Source: Selaginella moellendorffii
Taxonomy: Eukaryota > Plantae > Lycopodiophyta
DNA: 64,000 nucleotides
Direction of reading: 5' to 3'
NCBI RefSeq assembly: GCF_000143415.4
Contig: NW_003314373.1
Span: forward strand, 62,001-126,000
Shown: positions 27,966 through 42,329 of the stretch, one piece after another
Layout: each line of letters starts with the position of its first letter
Position numbering within the stretch: position 1 is the stretch's first letter
Program-made: the position numbers and the translations under genes
The notes under the pieces: model-generated
Told to the model about the DNA's origin: nothing
The model's database searches: none
Seen by the model: only the letters and a program-made list of their open reading frames with translations

Positions 27966-28118
27966 AGAAAATCATTTGGAACATTCATATCCTTTGGAAA
28001 CCATGTGCTAACCCCACATAGTATATATATATACTCTGACTAGATCCAAGGTAGCTGAGAGATAAAAAATCATCTTCTATACTCTAATATACACTGACTA
28101 TATCGTTGATATCCTCGA

Positions 28119-30479
28119 TCAAAAATCGTCTTCTATGATTGGCTTGTTGGTCGATTGTGGCAAAAATGGTGGAAAGGTTGAGAGGACTGAGATGAAGGCG
28201 GTTGCGCCCAGGAAGAAGAACAAAAGCTGGTCGCCTGTAACAAAGCGGGAGATTTTTAATCAATCAACCAGGAGTGAGATGAAGTGAAATTGATCCAAAC
28301 CATACCAGGAAGTATTGATGCATGGGGGCGAGTTTGCGCAAACGCAAAACTAAAAATCGACACGGATACACAGTTTAGTTTAAAGCCATGAACGTGTTTC
28401 TTCCTTTCTAAACTTACACTGAGCCTCCGACCGCTGGTCCCAATGCTCTGAAGAGGGAAACGACGCTCAGGGAAAGACCATTCGCAGCTCCTCGCTGTGC
28501 TTTCACCTGGAAAAAAGCTTTGCGTTTTGCAGAGGCGAAAAGAATGGCAATCCACTTACAACGGAATTGTTGACTAGGAGGAAGGCCGCGGTTGAGGCCG
28601 CCGACTGGAAATGCAAACTCTCAGCCAAACTGTGCCATGAATCATGCTAAGGATACTCACGCCAAGGCAGCACTTGAGTATGGCTATTACAGTCACAACA
28701 ACTCGCAGCCACGTATCTTCGAGGCTTGTTAGAGACGGCAGCAAGACCAGTAGTGGTATTGACAATGCCTGCACGAGTTTCACACAGTTGAGACACCGAG
28801 AAAAAGGAGAGAGTTGAAGAACTCACGGTTACGGCGCGCGTTAGGAGAATGGGACCAAATAACCTGGTAAGTGATGGAAATATAACAAGCTGAAAGAACA
28901 GCAGCGCTAGACCTGTAAACGAAGAAAACTTACGGATGTTTCCACTTTGTTTGTTGTAACCATACCCGAGAGAGCGAGCGCTTGTCCAACGTCTGTACTC
29001 GTCCAGCCGAGACCACCCGTGCGTTTGGGACTCACTGCCCACAGGGAGAATGTCTGCACGGAATTCCATGAGAGTGGTACAGGCACTTCGACCCACCTCC
29101 GAAAACGCAATGTCGTGGAACGCCCAGATGCAGTACACTAAAATGGAAGATATCAATGGAAAGTTTTTCAGCAGGGACTCCTTAGGATCATAGGCTCCAG
29201 CTTTACCGTCGTTTGCAAACACTTCGTGCTTGTGAAGTGTTTCCTGCCACAAGCAAAGCTCGTTTTTGGTCCAAGCCAATGGATAAGACAGAACTTACAG
29301 GTAGCTGGGCGAGTTGGGCGAGCACCATCACCGCATAGATGGTAATAACCAGAGCTTGGAGGAAATATGGGTAGCTGCAACTTCCTCTTAGCCCCTCTCA
29401 GTTTCATCTGGAAAATGTTCCTCACCTATCAAAAATGGTGCCAGCAAAAACTCCAGGATACTTTATAGCGGGCTGGACCAACAAAAAATTATCATAAGGT
29501 GATTGACGTAAATACACAAAGGTGGAGGAGACCTGTGACAAGTAGCCCCCCAATGCGGGACCGAGTATAAGTCCAACTCCCCACATTGATCCGACCTGTG
29601 TAAGTGGATCAAACGCAAAGAGATTCACCATTAATGTTTGTCTCTCTAAAAGGCGAATCACTTACAAGTGACACGCTGAAGGGAACGTGTTCTTCGCTGC
29701 AAATTTCAGTAGCATAGGCCTGAAATAGATAGCACTCAATTAAAGGAAACCAAGGCTCCAACGAGAATTACCGTCATCGTTCCAAGCAGCCCATTGAAAG
29801 TTCCCAGCAGGAAACGGGTCGTCAGAGCCATCCAGAAACTTTTACTCAGCCCAAACAATGTGTTGAAGACAATGCTGCAGAACACACACAAGAGCGATTT
29901 AATGAGGTTCTTGTCTTGATTCTCATCAAGACGATAAACGAACACCTAACATTGACATGATTCCGCAGAAGATAACGGGTTTCCTGCCGTATTTGTCGGC
30001 GATAGTTCCCCACAAGATTCCAGTAAGAGCTCTTCCAGCCATGAAAGACGAGCCTGGAAGAGAAATCAATGAGCAAAAATGGATCGGGAAGTTTACAGCA
30101 CGAACCGATCCATCCAGCAAAGTATCCGATATCAGCATCCGACTTGGTCACATGAAAGTCCTGAACCTGCAAAGAGGAAACTTTCTCAAGCCGACAGAAG
30201 TAGCAAGAAACTGAGAGATCGATACTGACCATGAAGTACAAGAACGGGAAGATGACGGCAATTGGCAGCGCTGTTGCAAACGATCGTAAAACCCTGCTTG
30301 AAACAAAAGAGAGAGAACATACAGTTGCAAAGCATCATGTTGGCCACAATGAAGAGAAGCTTTTTCGGAAAACCATGATTTTCTCTGACGATGAGGATGG
30401 CCTTGCAGCCGGGGCATCCTTCTACAGACCCGGAGAAGCTTTTCTCTTCGTCCAACAACGGGATCTCGGCATCAGCCAT
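28119..30479 (-). CDS. ZIF/ZIFL-type major facilitator transporter, multi-exon
   Basis: GCPGC N-terminal motif, DIGYFAG, WG..ADKYGRKP, RFLLG.FNG, GPALGGYL.QP and AVSP...GGLG. Confidence 0.92.
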
Positions 30480-30690
30480 CGAAGAGAAAGACAGAAGCTC
30501 AAAAGAGCTAACAGCACCCCAAATTTAAATTCCTGAAATTGTTCCGGTGACGATAAGGCCACTCGCCACGCCGCTACAAACAAAGCCAAATTCCATGTCA
30601 ACCATGTGATTCTTCCTGCGAAACTCCCTACCATTTCGTAAATTTAGTACCACGTAAAGATGAGACAACGAGGTCTCAGATACGTTGGTT

Positions 30691-33349
<2,659 letters not shown>

Positions 33350-33440
33350 CGACTTCTCTTAGAAATGGCGGCGTCTTCCCTAGAACCCTAAAATTTCATT
33401 TGTCCTACGTGGCGAGGCTTTACACGTGGCCAGTATTTGA
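33350..33440. promoter_or_regulatory. Compact bidirectional promoter with a telo-box-like motif and two ACGTGGC (G-box/ABRE-type) motifs
   Basis: 91 bp between divergent start codons, containing AACCCTAA, TACGTGGC and CACGTGGC. Confidence 0.5.
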
Positions 33441-35468
33441 ATGGTCTTGCGGGGGTTTCGTCGCTTTTCTTCCCAAGCTCCTCAAGCTCTCTCCTGGGAT
33501 TCATGGATCGAGCTAGCGAGGCGATGCAAGACGCTAGAAGAGGGCAAAGATCTCCACGCCGCCATCCCCTCGATCGCCAGCAACAAGAGCGCCAATGTCT
33601 TCCTCCACAATTTGCTCATCCAGATGTACAGCCGCTGTGGCAGCCTCGACGACGCCATGGCCGTCTTCGATTCCCTGCTTTGCCCCAATTCTTTCTCCTG
33701 GACAATCACGATCTCGGCGCTCGCGCAGCATGGCAATCACACCAGCGCGATCCACTTCTACCGATCGATGCTCCTCAGCGGCGCAGTGGCAGACGAGGTC
33801 ACACTGGTCGCCGTCTTGGACGCCTGCGAAGATCTCCACACGGGCAATGCCATCTTCGCCAGTGTATCGGGCGAGCCCAGGATCATCGCCCACACCAAGG
33901 TACGCAACGCCGCGCTCACCATGTATGGCCGCTGCGGCGATCTCGCCATGGCCTGCGCGATCTTCAAAGAAATCCCCGCCAAGGATGCGATCTCCTGGAA
34001 CAGCATGATCACTGCCTATGCCCGAAATGGGCATCTGGAGGAGGCCGAGAAGATCTTCGATTCCATGCCCGTGGCAAATGTTGTGTCCTGGACTGCAATG
34101 ATCGCCGGGAACGCGCAGCACGGCCGATCCGCCCAAGCATTCCAATTCTTCCGGAGGATGATCCTCCAAGGCGATCCAAATTCCCGGCCAAACCAAGTGA
34201 CCCTCCTCGCGATCTTGGACGCTTGCTTGAGCTTGACGAGCAAATCCGCCATAGCTACCGTACGGGGTCTCGAGGCGCTAGCGGCAGAGTCAATATTCCA
34301 TGGGGACATGATGGTCAACAGCGCGCTGGTCAACGTGTACGGTAGCCTCGGGAGCGCCCCAGATGCCCGGAGGATATTCCAGTCAATGCCGGACCGCAAC
34401 GTCGTCTCCTGGAGCTCCATGGTCGCCGCGCTGGCCAAGTGTCAACGCAGTGGCGAGGCCATGGCGACGATGAGAGCGATGGAGCTGGAAGGGATCAAAG
34501 CGAGCAGCGTGACGCTCCTAGCAGCGATCGAGGCCTGCGAGAGCTCCGAGGATGCGGGAAGAATCCACGCTAGGATCGTCCGCGATGGCTTCGAGGGCGA
34601 CACCAAGCTGGGCAATGCGCTCGTCAGATTGTATGGCCTCAAGCTGGGGATGATCGATCGAGCTCTAGAGGTTTTCGATCGGATCCAGCGCAAGGATGCC
34701 GTCTCCTGGGGGGTCGCGATTGACGCCTGGGCGGTCAGTGGATTCCCGCGAGAATCCCTCGTGATCTTCGCGCGCATGGATCTGGAGGGAGTCTTGGTCG
34801 AGGAGGTTTCCTTCACTCTGGCGATCGATGCCTGTGCGGCGATCCCCAGCCTGGAGCGCGGACGAATGCTTCACCGAGAGATGATCGAGGGAGATCGCTG
34901 TGGCGTCGAAGAAGATCTCCGCCTCGGCAATTCCCTGATCAACATGTATGTCAAGTGTGGGAGCATTCCAGACGCGAGAGCCGTGTTTGATTCCATGCCC
35001 GAGCGCGACGTGATCTCCTGGACCGCGATGCTCACTGCCTACATTGAATCAGAGGAAGCAGCGCTAGAGATCTTCCAGGCGATGAAGCTCGAGGGAATTC
35101 TCCCAAACCAAATCACTTTCCTCAACCTTCTGGCAACGTGTAGCCACGCGGGAATGCTACAAGACGGCCACCAGAATTTCCAGAGTATGATCGTGGATTT
35201 CTCGATCCCAGCCTCTCCAGATCACTACATCTGTATGATCGATCTCCTCGCGCGGTGTGGGAGACTGGAAGAAGCCGAGAATCTCATCGATGAAATGCCT
35301 TACGAACCGGATCCCGTGGCTTGGACGACGCTGCTGGGAGGAAGCCGGATCCACGGCGACCGCTCCAGGGCCAGTGAATCCGCACGTAGCGTCTGGAAAT
35401 TCGAGGCGCAAGCTAGGCATCCTGCGAATTACGCGCTGCTATCGCACGTCTACGAGGAAGAGTCATAG
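33441..35468 (+). CDS. PLS-class PPR protein with E-like C-terminus
   Basis: 675-aa ORF with LI.MY.RCG...A..VFD and SW..MI motifs and a terminal DHY.CMIDLLAR.G.LEEA segment. Confidence 0.92.
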   Translation: MVLRGFRRFSSQAPQALSWDSWIELARRCKTLEEGKDLHAAIPSIASNKSANVFLHNLLIQMYSRCGSLDDAMAVFDSLLCPNSFSWTITISALAQHGNHTSAIHFYRSMLLSGAVADEVTLVAVLDACEDLHTGNAIFASVSGEPRIIAHTKVRNAALTMYGRCGDLAMACAIFKEIPAKDAISWNSMITAYARNGHLEEAEKIFDSMPVANVVSWTAMIAGNAQHGRSAQAFQFFRRMILQGDPNSRPNQVTLLAILDACLSLTSKSAIATVRGLEALAAESIFHGDMMVNSALVNVYGSLGSAPDARRIFQSMPDRNVVSWSSMVAALAKCQRSGEAMATMRAMELEGIKASSVTLLAAIEACESSEDAGRIHARIVRDGFEGDTKLGNALVRLYGLKLGMIDRALEVFDRIQRKDAVSWGVAIDAWAVSGFPRESLVIFARMDLEGVLVEEVSFTLAIDACAAIPSLERGRMLHREMIEGDRCGVEEDLRLGNSLINMYVKCGSIPDARAVFDSMPERDVISWTAMLTAYIESEEAALEIFQAMKLEGILPNQITFLNLLATCSHAGMLQDGHQNFQSMIVDFSIPASPDHYICMIDLLARCGRLEEAENLIDEMPYEPDPVAWTTLLGGSRIHGDRSRASESARSVWKFEAQARHPANYALLSHVYEEES

Positions 35469-37267
35469 GATCTTGGAAGAACCCTAATTTCAGTGGGGGG
35501 AATGCCGCGATTTGAATAGATGTTGGCCATTAGCGTGTAGGCGGCAGCAAGGGTTCCATCCTCCTCGCTCCCAAGGCTCAGCTCCCGGATCGCATCAAAT
35601 GCGCGCCTCCCGATCGCTACATTCTTCCTGTTGTGACAGGCGCTGAGCACCGCCATCCAGATCGCGAGGCTCGGCGTGAGATTTCCAGGCATTCTTTCGA
35701 TCACGGCTATGGCTTCCTCGACCTGATTGGCACGGCTGAGGAGATCTACCAGGCAAGTGTAGTGCTCCATCCTCGGCGCGATCCCGTGCTGGACGCTCAT
35801 CACCCGGAAGAGATTCTTGGCTCGCTCGACGAGCCCCAATCGACTACACGCCGAGAGGAGCGATAGTAGCGTGATCTCGTCGGGGCGGATCGATTCCTGG
35901 AGCATCTGGCGGAAGAATCGAAAGGCGTGTTCTTCGCTGCCGACGCAATGGCTGTGCGCGGCGATGAGAGCACTCCAGGGGGCCATGTCTGGGCTAGAGA
36001 AAGCGTGAAACGCCAGCTCAGCTGCCACCGGGCAGCCACATCGGCCGTAGTGGCCAATCAGAGAGCAGGCCACTGCTGACTCAGCCTCCACGCCAGCGCG
36101 GCATACCAGAGAATGGACGACGCTCTTTCCTGGCTCGAGGAATCCACTGTTACTACAAGCCTTGATCGCAGCAATGAAAGTTCCAGCGTCTGGAGTGAAT
36201 CCTCGAGCTCTCATTTGATCCAAGAGCTCGATCGCAAGCTTGGGAGAAGCTCCAGCTTCCGCGATGCCCAAGGTCATCACGTTCCAGGAGACGAGAGTGT
36301 GGCGCTGCATCCTCTGGAAGATCGCCCGGGCTCTCTCCAGCTCCCCAGATTTCACGTAGAGATCGAGCAGACTGTTCTGGAGGAATTCGTCGTTGTCAAC
36401 TTCTGGAGTGGTGGTGATTTGCGCTGCTCTCGCTAGACACCAGGATCTAAGCTCTCGATCGGCGCTGTTCTTCTTCACAAGGCTGGAGCACGCATTGATA
36501 ACCGCGACGAAGGTCCGTGCGCTTGGAGAGATGGAGCTCTCTCGTTTGATCATTCGATCGAAGAGCTCGAGCGCAAATCTGGGCTGGTCGTTGTGGACGT
36601 AGCCGAGGATGATCGAATTCCACGAGACCAAGTCGGCTAGATTGTAGAGGAGGAGCCGATCAAACAGGCGCTGGGAATCGGGCATGCTTCCACATCTCGA
36701 GTAGCAATCTATCAGGCTGTTGGCGATGAAAACGTTGGATTCAAAGCCGGCATCCACGATCCAGGAGTGGAGAGCCATGGTTCTCTCAAGGGAAACGATC
36801 TTGATGACTAGTGCCCGGCCTTGGATCTCGATTTTCATCCCAGCTTCCCTCGCGGTGAGATCTTTGATCGCTTCCAGCACAGCGACGCAGCTCCTAGCAT
36901 TCATCGACGGCATTGCTGAGAACATCTCCAGAGCGATCTCGCCCTGGCCATTGCTCGCGTAGCCGCCGATGATCGTGTTCCAAGAAACGATGCTGTGGAT
37001 CTTGATCGCTTCAAACACGTCGCGAGCGTCGGCCATGCTTCCACTCTTGGCGTACATGTCGATGAGGCTGTTCGCGAGGATGAGCGCTGCCTTGGAGCTC
37101 TGGCGATCGCGCTGCTGGAGCAAGCGAGCGTGGATTGCCCTGCCGCGATGGAGATCCCTAGAGCGGCCGCAGGATTTCAGTGCCGCGACGATGGCCGCGG
37201 TTTCTTGCTCGGATGGGGAAAGATCTAGCGATGGGATTGCTGGAGAGCTAGAACAAGAATCCGCCAT
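35450..37267 (-). CDS. PLS-class PPR protein with E-like C-terminus
   Basis: 605-aa ORF with PLS repeats and EHYTCLVDLLSRA...W.AVLSAC. Confidence 0.92.
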   Translation of the reverse strand: MADSCSSSPAIPSLDLSPSEQETAAIVAALKSCGRSRDLHRGRAIHARLLQQRDRQSSKAALILANSLIDMYAKSGSMADARDVFEAIKIHSIVSWNTIIGGYASNGQGEIALEMFSAMPSMNARSCVAVLEAIKDLTAREAGMKIEIQGRALVIKIVSLERTMALHSWIVDAGFESNVFIANSLIDCYSRCGSMPDSQRLFDRLLLYNLADLVSWNSIILGYVHNDQPRFALELFDRMIKRESSISPSARTFVAVINACSSLVKKNSADRELRSWCLARAAQITTTPEVDNDEFLQNSLLDLYVKSGELERARAIFQRMQRHTLVSWNVMTLGIAEAGASPKLAIELLDQMRARGFTPDAGTFIAAIKACSNSGFLEPGKSVVHSLVCRAGVEAESAVACSLIGHYGRCGCPVAAELAFHAFSSPDMAPWSALIAAHSHCVGSEEHAFRFFRQMLQESIRPDEITLLSLLSACSRLGLVERAKNLFRVMSVQHGIAPRMEHYTCLVDLLSRANQVEEAIAVIERMPGNLTPSLAIWMAVLSACHNRKNVAIGRRAFDAIRELSLGSEEDGTLAAAYTLMANIYSNRGIPPTEIRVLPRSYDSSS

Positions 37268-37327
37268 AGCCTACCTCTCGCCGGCATTTCCCTCGAAATA
37301 TTTCTAGGGTTCTTGAGAGATTCCTCA

Positions 37328-39433
37328 ATGAGGCGGCTCCACGCGCGCCTCTCCAATGTCCTTCGATCCCGAGCGCATTCTTCTTCCCCCGCGATGGATC
37401 TTGCGCCATTACCAGCGCCAGCGCCATCGCTCCAACAGCAGCAGCAGCAGCATCAGGACGAGAAAATGGCCAGGTATTCCATCAATTCCAGGATCATCCT
37501 CGATCTCCTCAAGAATGCCAAGCGCGGCGAGAGCATGGACGAGATCATGAGACAGTGGAGCGGCTTGCTCACGACCTACGTCGTGGCGGATGTTCTCAAG
37601 CATCTCCCGAGCTCCGAGGCGGCTCTCCGGTTCTTCGAGTGGGCACCCAAGCGAATGGGCTACGAGCACAACGTCTTCACGTACAACAAGCTCCTCCTCC
37701 AGCTGACGAGAGAGCATCGCCACGACAAAGCCAGCGCCGTGTTCCAGGAGATGATCGACAAGTCCTGCCAGCCCGATGCCTTCACCTTTGCGATTCTCTT
37801 GCGGGGACTTTGCCGATCCAACCAGCTCGAGAAAGCTCGCCAGCTCCTGGGAAGAATGAAGGAGATGGGGTGCGTTCCAGACGATGCCATCTACAATGCT
37901 CTCATCTCCGGCTACTCCAAGGCCAAGGATTTCGGCCAAGCATTCAAGTTCCTGGCCGAGATGGTGAAGAACCATTGCCTTCCAACGGTGGTCACGTACA
38001 CGAACATCGTGGATGGGCTTTGCAAGGCCGGGCGGACCAAGGACGCGGTGAAGTTACTGGATGAGATGCGTGACAAGGGATGCTCTCCGAACATCTATAC
38101 TTACAACGTGATCGTGGAGGGGCTTTGCGAGGAGAGGAAGCTGGACGAGGCCAAGAAGATGCTCGAGGAGATGGCTGTGCGAGGATACTTTCCAGACGTC
38201 GTGACTTACAACTCGTTCATCAAGGGACTTTGCAAGTGCGACCGAGTGGACGAGGCACGAAAGTTTCTGGCGAGGATGCCTGTGACTCCCGACGTCGTGA
38301 GCTACACCACGGTGATTAACGGGCTTTGCAAGTCCGGGGATTTGGATTCAGCGAGCAGGATGCTGGATCAGATGACCAACCGTGGCTGCACTCCCGACGT
38401 TGTCACGTACTCCTCGTTGATAGACGGGTTTTGCAAAGGTGGCGAGGTGGAACGAGCCATGGGTCTTCTAGACTCGATGCTGAAGCTCGGGTGCCGGCCA
38501 AACATGGTAGCTTACAACTCGCTGCTCGGGGCTCTCCACAGGCTGGGACATATTGGCAAGGCTGAGGACATGCTAGTCGAGATGGAGAGGCGGGGATTTA
38601 CTCCAGACGTGGTTTCCTACAACGCTTGCATTGACGGGCTTTGCAAGGCGGAGCGAGTGAAGAAGGCCAAGGCCGTGTTTGACAGGATGGTGGAGAGGGG
38701 CTGTACGCCCAACGCCTCGAGCTACAGCATGTTGGTGGAGGAGCTTTGCAAGAAAAAGGAGCTTGACGATGCTATAACTCTGGTGGAACAAGCTCGCGAG
38801 AAATATCAGATTGTGGACATTCTTCTTTACACGGTGCTGCTGGACGGGCTTTGCAAAGGTGGTCGATTCGACGAAGCTTGTGCGCTGTTTAGCAAAGTTT
38901 TGGACGAGAAGATCTGCGAGCCGGACGTGTTCTTCTACAACGTTATGCTCGACAGTCACTGCAAGCGCAGGCAGATTGATAAAGCTCTCCAGATTCACAA
39001 GCAGATGCTAGAGAGGAACTGCTGCAACGTCGTCACCTGGAATATTTTGGTTCATGGACTGTGCGTGGACGACAGGCTCTCAGATGCGGAGACGATGCTT
39101 CTGACGATGGTGGACGAGGGATTTATTCCGGACTTCGTCACGTATGGGACACTAGTCGATGCTATGTGCAAATGCGGAAAATCTGCGGCCGCTCTAGAAC
39201 TGTTTGAGGAGGCAGTAAAAGGTGGATGTGTGCCGGATGTTGTCACCTACAGTGCTTTGATCACGGGGCTTGTCCACGAGAACATGGCCGAAGAAGCATA
39301 TCTGCTCTTCACGAAACTTGTCGAGCGACGCTGGGTGCCGGATGACAAAACGCTCGGCCTTCTTCACAGGAAGCTGAAGCTGTTGAACAAGCCAAGGAAG
39401 GCGGAGGTGGTGGACTTGTACTTGACCACTTGA
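37328..39433 (+). CDS. P-class PPR protein (probably mitochondrial)
   Basis: Tandem canonical 35-aa repeats (PDVVTY..LI.GLCK.G...A) and an Arg-rich N-terminus MRRLHARLSNVLRSRAHSS. Confidence 0.94.
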   Translation: MRRLHARLSNVLRSRAHSSSPAMDLAPLPAPAPSLQQQQQQHQDEKMARYSINSRIILDLLKNAKRGESMDEIMRQWSGLLTTYVVADVLKHLPSSEAALRFFEWAPKRMGYEHNVFTYNKLLLQLTREHRHDKASAVFQEMIDKSCQPDAFTFAILLRGLCRSNQLEKARQLLGRMKEMGCVPDDAIYNALISGYSKAKDFGQAFKFLAEMVKNHCLPTVVTYTNIVDGLCKAGRTKDAVKLLDEMRDKGCSPNIYTYNVIVEGLCEERKLDEAKKMLEEMAVRGYFPDVVTYNSFIKGLCKCDRVDEARKFLARMPVTPDVVSYTTVINGLCKSGDLDSASRMLDQMTNRGCTPDVVTYSSLIDGFCKGGEVERAMGLLDSMLKLGCRPNMVAYNSLLGALHRLGHIGKAEDMLVEMERRGFTPDVVSYNACIDGLCKAERVKKAKAVFDRMVERGCTPNASSYSMLVEELCKKKELDDAITLVEQAREKYQIVDILLYTVLLDGLCKGGRFDEACALFSKVLDEKICEPDVFFYNVMLDSHCKRRQIDKALQIHKQMLERNCCNVVTWNILVHGLCVDDRLSDAETMLLTMVDEGFIPDFVTYGTLVDAMCKCGKSAAALELFEEAVKGGCVPDVVTYSALITGLVHENMAEEAYLLFTKLVERRWVPDDKTLGLLHRKLKLLNKPRKAEVVDLYLTT

Positions 39434-39530
39434 CGAACAGGAGCTCTCGAATCCAAAACTGGTGAGTTTGATTGTTGTAACATTGTGAGTTTTCTTTGTT
39501 TTCCAACTCCTGCTTTCATTTCAGTGGGGG

Positions 39531-42329
39531 ATGGATGTCATGGCTGCGGCAACGTTCCTATCTGCCACAATCCAGGACTCTCAAGTGAGCAAGGCTCAAG
39601 AAGAGCTTCAATGGCGTCAATTGTTTGAAGACCCATCTCTATGGTGGGACAACAGGAACCACAACGTAAGTGCTTCTGTATTGTTTTCTTAGTTTTCATG
39701 GGATGGGTCTTTACTGCAGCTACATGGTTCGCAGCACGATTTCAAGCACGCACAATCAGGTGCCACGCTCACGATTGCTTCCTCGTTTTGTCCAAAATGG
39801 GCAAAGCTCGGCCTCAAGTGCTTGAAGGTTTCAAATTTCAAAGCCCGAGCACAGTACAGAGATGGTGAGGAGCCTATCTTTGAGAAGAAAACTCAGAGCA
39901 CTGACAGTGACGGTACCAGGCAGAGTAAAAGTCGCTCAAATCAACATCGCGAGAGCGTCTCCAGCCTAGTAGCCGCATTGAAAGCCTGCACTGGCTCGAG
40001 AAACTGGGCTCGGGGCATGAAACTTCATGCGGTTGCTGTGGAAAATGGAAAGGACTCCAACATCTTCGTGGCAAGCTCGTTGGTCGGCATGTACTCGAAG
40101 TGTGGACGCATGGAGGATGCCCGGAAGGTGTTTGACGGTATGCAGAAGCGGGATGCAGTGTCCTGGAACACTGTGATACTTGGCTATGCTGAAAATGGTG
40201 ACGGAGAAACAGCACTGGAACTCTTTGAGAAAATGCAAGCAGAAGACCATTTGTCACCGGACTCTTGGACGATTGTTTCTGCACTGAAAGCTTGCTCCAG
40301 CCTGGCTGCGGCAGAAAGATCAAGGGAAGTTTTTGGAGAGCTTGTGAAGATTCAGACTCTGGAGAAAGGAATGGCTGTTCACAGCTTGGCTTTGAAGAAC
40401 AGGTGTGACTCGGACAGATTTGTGGCCAGTGGCTTAGTGGACATGTATTCGAAGTGCGGAAGTCTATCATCTGCTCGGGCAGTCTTCGACGGTTTCTCCG
40501 ACAAGGACGTTGCTCTGTGGAACGCAATGATCCTTGGATACGCAGAAAATGGAAGTGGTGACCTCGGGTTGAAGCTGTTCGTGGAGCTGATAGAATCAGA
40601 TGTCGAGCCGAACGCTCGGACTTTCGTAGCAGCTCTCAAGGCCTGCACTGATCTTGCAGCGACAGAACAATCTAGAAAGTTTGATGGGACGCTTGTGAAA
40701 GCTAAAGCTCTGGAAGAAGGATTGGCCTTACATTCTCGGGCAGTGGAGAAACAGCTCGAAGCAGACATCTTCGTGAGCAACATGCTGGTCGATGTGTACG
40801 CGAAGTGCGGGAGCATGGCACTTTCGCGTGGAGTTTTTGACAGGATGCGGACTCACGACGTGATTTCGTGGACCGCACTGCTCTCAGGCTACTGTGACAA
40901 TGGTGAAGAGGAGGAGGCACTGGAGCTGATCTCAAGAATGCTGCAAGATCCTGGAAGGTGTTCTCCAAATGCTCGAACGTTTGTGGCAGCATTTAAGGCC
41001 TGTGCGAACTTGGCAGCAAAAGAAGATGCCCAGGTAGTCGCAGGAAAGCTGGTGAAGATGGTTTCACTGGAAAGAGGGACGGCTCTTCACGTTGAAGCAG
41101 CAAAGTCCGGCTTTGCCTCGGACCTTTTCGTGAGCAACACTCTGATCGACATGTACGCGAAGTGTGGTGCTCTTGAAGCTGGCCGCAGTGTTTTCGAGCG
41201 CATGAAAATCCGAGCTCCGGCATCTTACAACGCACTGATGCTGGGATACGTCGACAGTGGTGAGGCCGAAGAAGCTCTGGCGCTGTTCGAAAGAATGAGC
41301 TGCGAACCAGATGCGCGAACTTATGTGGCTGCTCTCAAGGCGTGCACCATCCTCGCATCCAGGGAACAGGGCAAAGAAATCAGTGGCAAGCTTGTCAAGG
41401 CGGAGTCACTTGGAAAGGCCAGAGGTCTTTTCGATCGGGCTGTGAAAGGTGGATTCTTTCCGGACTTGTTCGTGGCCAACACTCTGATCGACGTCTTCGC
41501 AAAGTGCGGCGACTTGGAAGAGGCTCGCAGGATCTTCTACTCGATGAAGCAGCGAGACGTGGTATCGTGGAACGTCTTGATGCTCGGCCTGGCCGAGAGA
41601 GACCAAGGCAAGCTAGCTCTCGAGCTCTTCGAGGAGATGAAGTCACAGGCTCAGTGTGATCCCGACTCCAGGACTTACGTCGCAGCTCTCAAGGCCTGTG
41701 CAAGCGTCGGGGCCTTAGAGATGGGACGAGCTCTCCACGAAGTCATCCGCGAGCTCGGCCTGGACGAGAGCGATGGGATCCTCGCAACCAGCCTGGTGGA
41801 TTTCTACAGCCGATGCGGGAGCATGAGTGAAGCTCGCGAGGTTTTCGACTCCATCAAAGCTCCCAAAGACGTGGTGGCTTGGAACTCGCTGCTCGCCGGC
41901 TATGGCAGGCAAGGTGGCGGAGACAATGCAACAGGCACGATGCTGGACGTGTTCTCGCAAATGCGAGAGCGAGGAGTGAAGCCAGTCGGGATCACTTACC
42001 TCTGCCTTCTCACGGCTTGCAGCCACGCCGGTTTGATCGACGAGGCACAGCGGCTCTTCGACGAGATGTGGAGTAAGAACGGGATCAAACCCGGGCTGGA
42101 GCACTACCACTGCTTGATCGATGCTCTGGGGCGAGCGAACCGGATCGAGGAAGCACTGGCTATGGCGGACAGGATGCCTCACGCTGCGAACTGCGTCACC
42201 TGGACGATGATCTTGAGCGCTTGCCACAAGTGGAAGAACTCGCGAGTGGGAAGGATCGCTTTCGACGCGCTCCAGCGGCTGGATTGCAAAGAATCCGCCG
42301 CATACGTGCTCATGGGCAACACATTGTAG
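39531..42329 (+). CDS. PLS-class PPR protein with an N-terminal OSB/PDF-like motif; exons 39531-39665 and 39720-42329
   Basis: A GTAAG...CTGCAG intron (39666-39719) joins WRQLFEDPSLWWDNRNHN to LHGSQHDFKHAQSGATL...CPKW. This is in frame with the 835-aa PPR ORF because 39822-39720 = 102 nt. Confidence 0.85.

Noticed and set aside
39407-39440. 34-nt GT-AG segment whose removal would fuse the P-class PPR in frame to the PDF-PPR gene
   Set aside because: It is shorter than the well-supported introns here (about 49 nt and up) and the donor is weak, so it is not supportable without transcript data.
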